Positions 48,136-58,959 of a DNA stretch of 64,000 nt are shown piece by piece (the first letter of the stretch is position 1; the number at the start of each line of letters is the position of its first letter). Under the pieces are notes generated by a model, which worked only from the letters and a program-made list of their open reading frames with translations, had not been told where the DNA came from and did not search any database. Source of the stretch: Squalus acanthias (taxonomy: Eukaryota); NCBI GenBank assembly GCA_030390025.1, contig CM059433.1, forward strand, positions 9,860,001 through 9,924,000, given 5' to 3'. Made by a program: the position numbers and the translations under genes.

Positions 48136-48348
48136 AAAATGAGAAGTCGCACAACACCAGGTTATAGTCCAACAGTTTTATTTGAAATTACGAGCTTTCG
48201 GAGCTCTGCTCCTTCGTCAGGTACAGTGAGATGAAGGAGCAGAGCTCCGAAAGCTCGTAATTTCAAATAAAACTGTTGGACTATAACCTGGTGTTGTGCG
48301 ACTTCTCATTTTTGTCCACCCCAGTCCAACACCGGCATCTCCGCATCA
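48136..48348 (+). mobile_element. Minimal (~213 bp) palindromic PLE family 1 element
   Basis: ~80-bp near-perfect inverted arms plus tail; hammerhead motif at 48189-48223 (-); 13-bp TSD TGCTTTCTGTTCA (48123-48135 and 48349-48361). Confidence 0.92.
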
Positions 48349-48472
48349 TGCTTTCTGTTCAGCTGCCATTTTCTATCCTTTATCACTAATTTGGGTGCGT
48401 ACAAGTATAACTTGGGAGCATTTGGAAACGAATATCCCTTGCTGCAACCACTAGGTCTCCTGCTTTGCCTCC

Positions 48473-48920
48473 TTTTAAATTCATTCACAGGATGTGGGCA
48501 TCGCTGGCAAGGCCAGCATTTATTGCCCATCCCTCCTAATTGCCTTTGAGAAGGTAGTGGTGAGCCGCCTTCTATGAGCTGTTACAGTCCATGTGGTGTT
48601 CTTTGTAGCTGTTTGACACAACTAATTTCAGAGGGCAGTTAAGAGTCAACCACATTGCTGTGGGTCTGGAGTCACATATAGGTCAGACCGGGTAAGGACG
48701 GCAGATTTCCTTCCCTAAAGGACATTAGTGAACCAGATGGGTTTTTACAACAATCCGGTAGTTCCATGGTCACCATTACTGACTTTATTCCAGATTTATT
48801 CAATTAACTGAATTGAAATTCCCCAGCTGCCGTGGTGGGATTTGAACTCATGTCTCTGGATCATTAGTCCAGGCCTTGGGATTTCTAGTCCAGTAACATG
48901 ACCGCTATGCTACCGTACCC
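48473..48920 (-). mobile_element. tRNA-derived SINE whose 3' tail matches the second LINE family
   Basis: Reverse-complement head GGGTACGGTAGCATAGCGG..GAGTTCAAATCCC; tail GGGATGGGCAATAAATGCTGGCCTTGCCAGCGATGCCCACATCC shared with 27132-27178. Confidence 0.85.
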
Positions 48921-49248
48921 CGATCCACATCCTGCCCATCCCATGTACTGCATCTGGCCTGTTTTGCCCAACCTATCCAATTATCATCTTTGAAATTAAA
49001 GAAATTACCAATAGTTTGCCCTTGCAGGAGAAAAAAAGAGATTCCTGTCACAGGCCTGCCCCACTCAGAGCAACGGTACAAATGGATCAGTCCCATTTAA
49101 TGCACCAACAGGCAGTGAACTTTAATGAGAAGATGGGTTGGGGGTAGGGGGCTCCGAAGCGGTTGAGAAACCCAGGAGAACGGGTTTCCCGCAGGCCCTG
49201 CTGAATTTAAGGTCGGGGAGGTGGGGGGGCGGGGCGGTGGGGTGAATC

Positions 49249-49799
49249 ATAGGAACATAGGAACAAGAGTAGGCCATTTAGCTCCTTGACCCTGTTCCAC
49301 CATTCAATGAGATCATGGCTGATCTGCGACCTAACTCCGTATACCCGCCTTTGGCCTATATCCCTTAATACCTTTGGTTAACAGAAATCTATCAATCTCA
49401 GATTTAAAATTAACAATTGATCTAGCATCAATTGTCATTTGCGGAAGAGAGTTCCAAACTTCTACCACCCTTTGTGTGTAGAAGTGTTTCCTAATTTCAC
49501 TCCTGAAAGGTCTGGCTCTAATTTTTAGACTATGCCCCCCAGTCCTAGACTCCACAACCAGCAGAAATAGTTTCTCTCTATCTACCCTATCTGTTCCCCT
49601 TAATATATTGAAAACTTCGATCAAATCACCCCTGTACCTTCTAAATTCCAGGGACTGCAACCCTAGTTTGTGTAATCTCTCCTTGTAATTTAACCCTTGG
49701 AGTCTGGGTATCATTCTGGTAAACCTACGCTGCACTCTCTCCAAGGCCAATATATCCTTCCTGAGGTGTGGTGCCCAGAACTGCTCACAGTGCTCCAGG
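49249..49799 (-). mobile_element. CR1 3' fragment (same subfamily as 23182-23720) inside a GC-rich MITE-like sequence
   Basis: ORF 49331..49750 ALERVQRRFTRMIP..WNSLP. Confidence 0.93.
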
Positions 49800-50264
49800 T
49801 GACCCGCCTCCTGGCAGCGGATTGGCTGCCCGCCTCCGTTAAAACCGGAAGTGGGCGGGTTGGAGGCGGGTTGAGGTCGGGGTTCAGATTTTTAACACTT
49901 TATCTACACACACGACCCCCCAACTCACCCGTTCTTTTAGGTTGAGATTCCTCCCATAGAAACCCAAGGAACCCGTTTAATTGGCACACTCTGATCATCA
50001 GTACTTCAAAATTGCACCGGGTTCGATGGAGATTATAGAGCATGACTTAGATGGCCGACTGAGGCTCCTGCCTGTTTCCAGTAGTCACCTGGGCAGCCTA
50101 TTTCAAGGCCCCAACCAAAATGGCAGAAACCTAGATGTCATTGGGAATGGGGCAGTAAGTGATACGCTGCTGTTTGTATTGTGCTACTGCTCTGTTTCTA
50201 ACAGGCACTGGGATGGAAATCGACCCCATGGTATTAAAGGGAATTTTACAAACTTTGTATCTGG

Positions 50265-51115
50265 GAAAGACAACTTGGAATAATTTCTTAATGGAGAGAG
50301 ACTAGGAGCTGTGGAGGAGCAAAGGATTTTGGGTGTCCATATACACAAATCACTAAAAGCTAGCACACAGGCACAAAAAGCAATCACAAAGGCTACTGGA
50401 ATATTAGCTTCTATCTCAAGTGGGTTGGAATTCGAAAGTGAGGAAGTGATGCTTCAGTTATACAGAGCCTTGGTCCGACCCCCTCTGGAATACTGCATTC
50501 AGTTTTCAGCACTGAACCTCGGGAAAATTATATTGGCCTTGGAGGGGTTACAGCGAGTTTCACCAGAAAGATACCAAGGCCTAAAGAAAGAAAGAAGAAA
50601 GAAAGACTTGTATTTATATAGCGGCTTTCACGACCACCGGACGTCTCAAAGCACTTTACAGCCAATGAAGTACTTTTTGGAGTATAGTCACTGTTGTAAT
50701 GTGGTTAAACTCTGAGGACAGGTTGCATAAACTTGGGTTGTATTCCCTTGAGTTTAGAAGGTTGAGGGGTGATCTAATAAAGGTCTTCAAAATGATAAAG
50801 GGATTCAATAGGTTAGATACGGAGAAATTATGTCCTCTGGTGGGGGAATCAAGAACAAGGGGACATAATCTTAAAATTAGAGCCAAGCCATTTAGGAGTG
50901 AAATCAGGAAGCACTTCTTCACACAAAAGTTATTGGAAATCTGGAACTCTCTCCCCCAAAAGGCTGTGGATGCTGAGTCAATTGAAATTTTCAAGACTGT
51001 GATCGCTAGATTTTTATTGGGTAAGGGTATCAAGAGATACAGTAAATGGAGTTGAGGTGCAGATCAGCTGTGATCTAACTGAATGTTGGAACAGGCTTGA
51101 GGGCCTGAATGGCTC
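50265..51115 (+). mobile_element. CR1 fragment interrupted by an antisense SINE 3' fragment (50583-50700)
   Basis: LYRALVRPPLEYCIQF and EDRLHKLGLYSLEFRRLRGDLI; insert matches the reverse complement of 54100-54208. Confidence 0.9.
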
Positions 51116-51130
51116 CACACAAATACTGGG

Positions 51131-51348
51131 TGACATGAATCTTGTCATTCATGAATGAAGTAATACTGGGCGGCCTGCTGGTGGCGCTGTCCAGGGAGAG
51201 TATAAATACTTGGGCATGGGCCCAGCTTGCTTAGGACATTCCTCAACAGGAACTAGTGAAGGACACAACTAGATCTCCATGTTGAAAAACAGTTGATTAA
51301 AGCTTTGTTTAACGCTTAGACCAAGTGCCTAGTAGTTTTCTTACATCA
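51131..51348 (+). mobile_element. Solo LTR-like element, copy 2
   Basis: TG...CA ends; TSD CTGGG (51126-51130 and 51349-51353); TATAAATA; ATTAAA at 51296-51301. Confidence 0.92.
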
Positions 51349-51919
51349 CTGGGTACTCTGCTGGCATGGGCTCACCCTCCTCCAGTTCACGTTTCTTGAT
51401 TGGCGTCTGCAGCTCGCCGGTTTTGTGAAGATGATGCCGAAGGCCCAATTTCAAGAGGTCCTCGGTCCGATGCCTTTGGGCGCACATTGGCTTTGCAGTG
51501 CCCATCCCGCAGCCGGTTTCCGTCACTACCCTAATCTCTAGGCCTCTGGTCTGTCCTTTTCTCTGAATCTCACCAACTTTCCAACTTTGAGTTTAGGTTG
51601 AGTGAGATTTCTCTTGCCAGGGGTGGGTGCACCTTTCCATTCCTTATCGAACTGACCATGTGCTTCCCTGTTCTTTGTTTGCTAGTTTGATAGGAAGCCC
51701 AGCAATTTGACTTCTGACTCTCGTCTGGGGGTTGTACAGTAGAAGTGCCAATTGAAGCATCTATGTCCCTCCTTCCCCCACGTAGTTGCGGGTCCCTAGG
51801 AAAGATCTTCTGCTATTTTCAAAATGAATTCGGCCACTTTTATGTGGATGACTCACTTGAAAGATTAAACACCTTTCATTGTTTCAAGCTGGAGCAGTAT
51901 ATGAGAAACAATGGTTCCG

Positions 51920-52378
51920 GGGATTGGGGGATCTTAGCTACAAGGACAGGTTGGAGAAGCTGGATTTGTTTTCATTAGAGCAAAGGAGGTTGCGGGGTGA
52001 TTTGATAGAGGTGTACAAGATTATGATGGCTTTGGATAGGCTAGACGGGGAAAGGCTGTTCCCGCTAGTTGATGGTACAATGACTACGGGACACAGATTT
52101 AAGGTTTTGGGCAAGAGATACAGGGGGGATGTGAGGGGAAAACTTTTTTACGCAGCGAGTGGTGAGGACCTGGAACTTGCTGCTGACGGAAGTGGTGGAA
52201 GCGGACACACTCAATGTTTTCAAGGGGAGACTGGATAGGCACTTGAGGGAAATAAACTTGCAGGGCTACGGGGATAGAGCGGGGGAATGGGACTGACTGG
52301 ATTGCTCTACAGAGAGCCGGCACGGACTCGATGGGCCGAATGGCCTCCTTCTGTGCCGTTATGACTCTATGACTATGA
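51920..52378 (+). mobile_element. CR1 3' fragment
   Basis: LSYKDRLEKLDLFSLEQRRLRGDLIEVYKI; tail (ATGACT)n. Confidence 0.9.
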
Positions 52379-52673
52379 CAATATTCCACAGAGTTGACCG
52401 TCTGGATTGGATAAGCATCCCCCCTCCCAGCCTTAGGTTGCTGAGGGAGTTTTAATCCCTTGTGAGTTAAATTTAACTTAACAGTAACATTTTAATATAA
52501 ATCATTCCGTGATCCTTCCATGGCAAAGCAGATAGAAACCCTGAAACATGACATTTGAGTCAATCACATTTGCCCTGTGGATATTTTTTAGGTTTGATAC
52601 TTTGAAGTATGACGCCCTTTGAGAGGTGACGCCTTTGAAGTGTCACATCCTACAAAAATCTGCTAGATTCAAG

Positions 52674-52858
52674 GGGGGTGAAATTGGTCTTTGCAAGTAG
52701 TGAAAACGCCACTCACAGTGAATCAGCAGCCCATTTTACACAGTGCCTGATTTTCTTTTCCACTGAAGTGAATTGGGAAAGAAAACCGAACGCGGTGTGA
52801 AACGGGCTGCCAATTTACGCGTCTTGCGCTGCTGGCCAAGAACCACTTCATTCCCCCA
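52674..52858. mobile_element. Small MITE
   Basis: GGGGGTGAAATTGGT start; imperfect inverted end ACCACTTCATTCCCC; internal inverted blocks. Confidence 0.5.
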
Positions 52859-53260
52859 GATTTCTAATAACGTAGAACATTGCCGCATTAGTCCCATTCA
52901 CTTCCACCCTGCGGTAACGGGCTGGGAAGAAATACTGACTGACGGGAGGGCTCGAAATCCAGGGGCCAATAATGTGATGGCTGAAGTGTATCAAGAGTCT
53001 CGTATTTCAGATGCAGAGGAAAAAGGTGCAGATTTGTCCCAGGCACAAAGGCCCATGGGAGCCAGCGGGAATGCTGTGTGGAACGGTCATTTGCCCCCAG
53101 CCGGCAGCCCAGAATTCCATGCTGGAGTGCCCGAGCGATGCTCCAGTCTCACAATGCCGGTTTGAAACGGGTGCTGAAGGGATGACTGCGCTATTAAAAA
53201 GATAGCAATCCCTGGTACCCGCTACTTGGAGTCTTGTGGCACCATTGGTCCCATACCTAG

Positions 53261-53479
53261 TGACGTAAGAAAACTACTGGGCACTAGGTCTAAGCGTTAA
53301 ACAAAGCTTTAATCACCGTTTTACAACGTGGAGGTCTAGTTGTGTCCTTCACTAGTTCCTGTTAAGAATGTCCTGCGTAAGCTGGGCCCATGCCCGAGTA
53401 TTTATACTCTCCCTGGACAGCGCCACCTGCAGGCCACTCAGTATTATTTCATAAGTCATGAATGACAAGATTCATGTCA
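53261..53479 (-). mobile_element. Solo LTR-like element, copy 3
   Basis: Reverse complement of copies 1 and 2; TSD CCTAG (53256-53260 and 53480-53484). Confidence 0.92.
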
Positions 53480-53741
53480 CCTAGTGCCCCACCCCCATGT
53501 ACTCCCTGCTAAAATGCCCCTTCCTCCTCGTACCAATCACCTGGCATAGAACATGCAGCCGACAGCCTTTTGCTGGCTACGGGCACCCAACGTTCCAACC
53601 CTGCTGCTCTCAGCTCAGTGTGCCCAGCGCACCTGAAATTTAGATGAGCGAGTTGACCTCATGCGATCCGGTGAGGCCAGCTCCTTAGTGCGTAGGCGCA
53701 TGCAATGCCTGGACTCACGTTCATCACATTATCTGCTCAAT

Positions 53742-54208
53742 TGTCAGCTGTGGGCCAGTTGGTAGCCTTTGAGTCAGAATGGTTGTGGGTTCAAGTCTCA
53801 CTCCCGGGACTTGAGTACACAAAGCTAGGCTGACACTCCAGTGCAGTGCTGAGGGAGTGCCGCACTGTCGGAGGTGCCGTCTTTCAGATGAGATATTAAA
53901 CCGAGGCCCCGTCTGCTCTCTCAGGTGGATGTAAAAGATCCCACGGCCACTATTTTGAAGAAGAACAGGGGAGTTCTCCCCGGTGTCCTGGGGCCAATAT
54001 TTATCCCTCAACCAACATAACAAAAACAGACTATCTGCTTATTATCACATTGCTGTTTGTGGGAGCTTGCTGTGTGCAAATTGGCTGCCGTGTTTCCCAC
54101 ATTACAACAGTGACTCCACTTCAAAAGTACTTCATTGGCTGTAAAGCGCTTTGGGACGTCCGGTGGCCGTGAAAGGCGCTATATAAATGCAAGTCTTACT
54201 TTCTTTCT
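53742..54208 (+). mobile_element. DeuSINE/SacSINE1-like SINE, near full length
   Basis: tRNA-like head with GGTTCAAGTC; Deu-like core GGAGGTGCCGTCTTTCAGATGAG..GATGTAAAAGATCCC; L2-like tail AAGGCGCTATATAAATGCAAG. Confidence 0.9.
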
Positions 54209-54876
54209 CAATGGTGCAAAGTTTGCGTGCACTGCTAACCATTGTTCGGGATACAGACTGTGGCGCTCTTGCTGTACAATGGTGGCACTGTCAGAATAAA
54301 CTCTGACCATTGGTTTAACTCACTTGGTTCCGTGAGGATGCTTACAGCATGATTCACGTCTGCGATCCTGCGAGGATTCAGATTACGCGCGCTTTGTATT
54401 CTGAGGTGTTGAGTGAGAGATGGTGACAGACCCTTTAAAAGTGATACTGAGGATAATTTCCAATGTTAGCAAAGCACGTGCTTGCATTTAAAATCAGTGT
54501 CATCATCAGCACTCATAAGCTTCAGCACATATTGTAAGTTGCTGCAGTGCTGCAGAAGCAGACGTGGGGCCAGCACAGGTTGGAAAGCAGTTTGAGTACA
54601 TTCCCAATTATAATCTTCTGCTGCCAGTCACACAGGTGAGATTTAAACCATGTTTCTGCTACAGGCAACAGGCCAAGTGCTGAGTACTAAGAACTTCTTG
54701 AACAATACAATGCGGAAAACGATATGCCGAGTAACTTTATACGGTTCAAAAATAGTGTGCCGGCTAATTTCTTGGAATCAATCACGAAAGGAAGATTCCA
54801 TCTGTTTGGTTCATGTAGCTAACCCTGCTCTTTTAGAATTTTTTTTTACGATTTTACTGCAAATAGCGAATGTAGA

Positions 54877-54972
54877 AATAACAACAGAAAACGCTGGAAA
54901 AACTCAGCAGGCCAGGCAGCATCCGTGGAGAGAGAAACAGAGTTAACGTTTCAGGTCGAAGACCTTTCGTCA
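54877..54972 (-). mobile_element. ~96-bp PLE family 2 fragment ending at the hammerhead core
   Basis: Flanking direct repeat GAATGTAGA (54868-54876 and 54973-54981); hammerhead motif at 54941-54975. Confidence 0.85.
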
Positions 54973-55290
54973 GAATGTAGAGTATCTTCCCACTATGTTT
55001 ACACTGTCGCTAAAATAGAGTGACCAGGTAAAATCTCCCCCCTCAATGGCACTTATCAGGAAAGAGGTAAAAAATATCGATTGGAAAGAGGATACACCTG
55101 CCAACATTTTGAGATGTACACAATGAACATTTAGACAGAGGAAAGTTTGAAGAGATGTTAAGGGTACGTGGATGACCTACTGCATAGTATTAAAAGTGAC
55201 TTTTTATTGGTGACTTTGAACTCTGAGTAGGAAGCAGAAATGCCAGGACCCAAAAGACGATAGGGCATTTAACACAGCCAGTTAATTATA

Positions 55291-55826
55291 TTAATTCATT
55301 CATGGGATGTGGGCATCGCTGGCAAGGCCAGCATTTATTGCCCATCCCTAGTTGCCCTCGAGAAGGTGGTGGTGAGCCGCCTTCTTGAACCGTGGCAGTC
55401 TGTGTGGTGAAGGTACTCCCACAGTGCTGTTAGGGAGGGAGTTCCAGGATTTTGACCCAGCGACGATGAAGGATCGGCCGATATACTTCTAAGTCAGGAT
55501 GGTGTGTGACTTGGAAGGGAACTTGGAGGTGGTGGTGTCCCCATGCGCCTGCTGCCCTTGTCCTTCTAGGTGGAAGAGGTGGCGGGTTTGGGAGGCGCTG
55601 CCGAAGAAGCCTTGGCGAGTTGCTGCAGTGCATCTTGTAGATGGTACACACTGCAGCCACGGTACGCCGGTGGTGGAGGGAGTGAATGTTTAAGGTGGTG
55701 GATGGGGTGCCAATCAAGTGGGCTGCTTTGTTCTGGATGGTTTCGAGCTTCATGAGTGTTGTTGGAGCTGCACTCATCCAGGCAAGTGGAGAGTATTCCA
55801 TCACACTCCTGACTTGTGCCTTGCAG
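55291..55826 (-). mobile_element. Second-family LINE 3' fragment
   Basis: KAQVRSVMEYSPLAWMSAAPTTL..LHHRRTVAAVCTIYKMH. Confidence 0.9.
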
Positions 55827-56366
55827 AATACTTCTTCACCACCAGCTATGACAAAAGGAAACCATGGCATACCACATCCCAATGTCACGTGGAAGGAGGC
55901 ATCCGATTCATCAATATAGGCTGATGCTCTTCCAGTTTCCTTTTGAGAGCAGGTCCACCAAATTCTGTATCACTGTATAGCCTGGCAGAGGCATGTAACA
56001 TGCTTGTCTTCTGCCCGGTAACAGCTGATCCCTCATTAACCATCACTGCCACCCTGAATGGTATTATGCCTTTCTCACAAAGCCTTCTTCCTATGTTGGT
56101 GCTGAGGGTTGCTGCTCTGCTTTCAGGATTTTGGCTGCAGGGGCAACTGGGTTCTCCGCGCTCTGCAGTCGGGCCGACAGCGCAGGCCGCCGGGTAGCAG
56201 GGAAGTCAGGGCTGAGGAATTTTCTAGTATGGAAAACCCCTCCCCTCAGCCCTGCCTTCTTCGGCATCATCAGAGAATTTTAGTCCCCATTTTCTTCCTC
56301 GTCTATCATTTATAACTACAACTTTCCTTGCTGTCTTGTGCTGTTACTGTATGGCGATATTCATAC

Positions 56367-56579
56367 CTTATCTTGGGCACTCTTCCACGCAGCCTCTTTC
56401 TCACGTTCTGTTCGGTCCTTTTGGCGCTTGACATAGAGTTCACCATTTCTGTCATGCATCCCCATGCTTGCCTCCTTTTGATACTTGAAGCTTTACATCC
56501 CCACCAAAAATGTACCTGTGGTGCTCGAGTACGGAGCCAAGAGGACTTACAGAGCCTGGCCAGTGAAATGTAATCTTCT
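56367..56579 (-). pseudogene. Decayed Myb/SANT-like (Harbinger-type) gene exon
   Basis: Manual translation with frameshifts and a stop: RRLHFTGQAL*VLL/VLEHHRYIFG/KRRQAWGCMTEMVNSMSSAKRTEQNVRKR, then AAG|GTATGA. Confidence 0.6.
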
Positions 56580-56752
56580 CCATTGGCACCCAGCCATTAG
56601 TTGCAGCCGCTGTAGCTGGATTAACAAACTTTCTGGCATTATAGCAGTTAAGTAGCTCGCTTGTTACTCGAGAAGCTTCAGAAGCTCACTATTTCTCCAA
56701 GATTGGCTGCCATTTGTTCACTTCCATGAACAAAATCACATTCTCAGGTATT

Positions 56753-57517
56753 GGCCCGAAAATTAGACCTAATACGCGAGAGTACGCACTGTGTACTCTC
56801 GCATATTAGTTCCAGAATTGCCGGTTTCCTGCATGCACTGCACATGCGCGGGAAACCGGCACTTCGTGTATTGCAAAGGGGGCGGTTCCTAAGTGAACCG
56901 CGTGCGCACTACAGGTTGTGCGCACGCAGCACGCTTAGTTTTTTTTTCAGGTTTGAACGCGCAGGTAAGTGGTGAAGATTTTACACATAAAGAAAGCAGG
57001 CGTAGGACCCCCTTTTAACAAGGTAAGTAGTTAATTAAGTGTTATTTAAAAAAAATTTCAACAGGTTTATCTTTTTTAGAGACTTTAAAGAAAGGTAAGT
57101 TTATTTTTATAACTTTTAAAAAGATTTTAAATTTTTTCAAAAATTTAATTTTTTGTTTAAAGTGGTTAATTTATTTAACTATAGTTATTTTATTAATGTG
57201 ATGGCTTTTAAAAAAAATTTAATTGAGGTTTAGCTGTTCTTTTGGGGGCTTGTAGTATTCATAGCTTTGACAGCCCTTGCTGTCAAAACTATGAATGAAA
57301 GATGGTGTGCTGCCATTGGCTCTAACTGAATCACGTGATCCCAGAGCTCGCACGAACTAATTGCGCCTCTGGGACACGCAAGCACTGCACGCTGGCAACA
57401 GGGAGAGGCCCTGAAACTGAAGTTCGTGTGGGCCCGAAACAAAAAGGTAGGCGCGGAGTGCGATATCGCGGGGAATCCTTACCCCCGCGGGAACCATCGA
57501 TGTTTAATTTCTGGGCC
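56753..57517. mobile_element. MITE with GGCCC-type TIRs and an AT-rich core
   Basis: GGCCCGAAAATTA / TAATTTCTGGGCC; architecture as 12438-13172. Confidence 0.72.
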
Positions 57518-57699
57518 AATATCTTTTTCAAAGCATGTGCTCCTGTGGATTTGCTATTGGCATTGTATCTCAACCAGAGGCTAGCATTCTGTCCACTTTT
57601 TCAAAAGGAATTGGAACGTCAGCCCCAACATTTTTTGAACACAATTTAAAGGATAGTGAGTGGGAATATTGGTGAAGTCAAGAATATTCTTAAGATTAC

Positions 57700-58900
57700 A
57701 TCATCACAAGACAATTACAGGTGAGGAAGGCCATTCGACACAACTTACTCCATCCATCCTGAAAGACCCTACATTCTCCTCATTGTTTCCTAAATGACTC
57801 CAGTGCTTTCGCTTCCACTACTCTGTCTAGAAGTCCATTCCATGTGCCGTCTTCTGATATCAGTCTTAAATTTACTTTTTACTAGTACTTGTGTTCCCTT
57901 GTCCTACTCTCACAATTTAATTTAAAGTAATATTTTGGAAGTTTTTTTCCAAACCCTTAACCATCTTTTATACCTCTATAAGATCACATCTCAGACACCT
58001 CCTTTAAAGGTTGAAAAGCTCAAGTTTCTCTAAGTCATTCCTCATAGCTCAGACCTGTTACACTAGGGCTTATCCTCATGGTTCTTCCCTTCCTGCCTCC
58101 AGCACTTAAATCTCTCCCTTGTCTAACTGGACACAGTGACTCAAGGTGAGGTCTGACCAGCGAACTGTACAGTTTGATCGCAACTTCCCCTGACTTGTAT
58201 TCTACTGTTTTGACTATGTAGTTCAACATTCTGTTGGCTTTGTTGATTGCTGTCCTGCATTGGTTGGACACGTTGAGTGTCAAATCCACTGAGATTCCTA
58301 AGTCTATTTCAACTTCATCCGTAACTATTTCAACATGGAGTACACATGTCACCTATTTTTCCTTCCTCTGTGTAGTGCTGCACTGTCTGTGTTAAATGCC
58401 ATCTCATTGATTTTGCCCATATATAATTTTGTCCAACTCATTCTCTAATTTCTGAGCAGCTGCTTTTGATCCTACTGCTCCGCCTAGTTGGATGTTGTCA
58501 GTAAATTTGGCTCATTTACATTGAGTTCCTGACTCGAAGTCATTGATATAAATTAGAAACAGTAGCGATCCCAACACTCAGACCTGGGGCAACCCGCTTA
58601 GTACTTCCCCCAATTCGACATAAATCCTCCAACAAGCATTTGTTGCTTTCAGCCTTTAAGCCAATTTCTTATCTTCCCATGAGTTGCCTGGATCACCAAA
58701 ACTTTGAGCTTAACCAATAGCCTTTCATGTGGTACCTCCCTTTCTGAAGCTTTGCTGACTTGCTTGATTATTATTGTACAGACGAGCCTCAAGTTTACTC
58801 CCGATAATGAATTCCATTAGTTTACATGGAATTGAAATAAGACTAATAGTTCTGTAGTTGCCCATGCGTGTTTTTAAATACGGACACTACATTTGCATTA
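57700..58900 (-). mobile_element. Old, degraded CR1 LINE
   Basis: DLGISVD..NKANRMLNYI..KLYSSLVRPHLE..GLSYEE. Confidence 0.8.
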
Positions 58901-58959
58901 TTGGGTCCTACTCTTGCCTGCCAAAATTGCTCACTAGTCCAGGATCATTCTGGAATGCA

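Noticed and set aside
51131..53479. Two LTRs flanking one full-length retroelement, or the TIRs of one DNA transposon
   Set aside because: They are inverted, each has its own distinct 5-bp TSD, and the interval holds CR1 and MITE fragments rather than gag/pol
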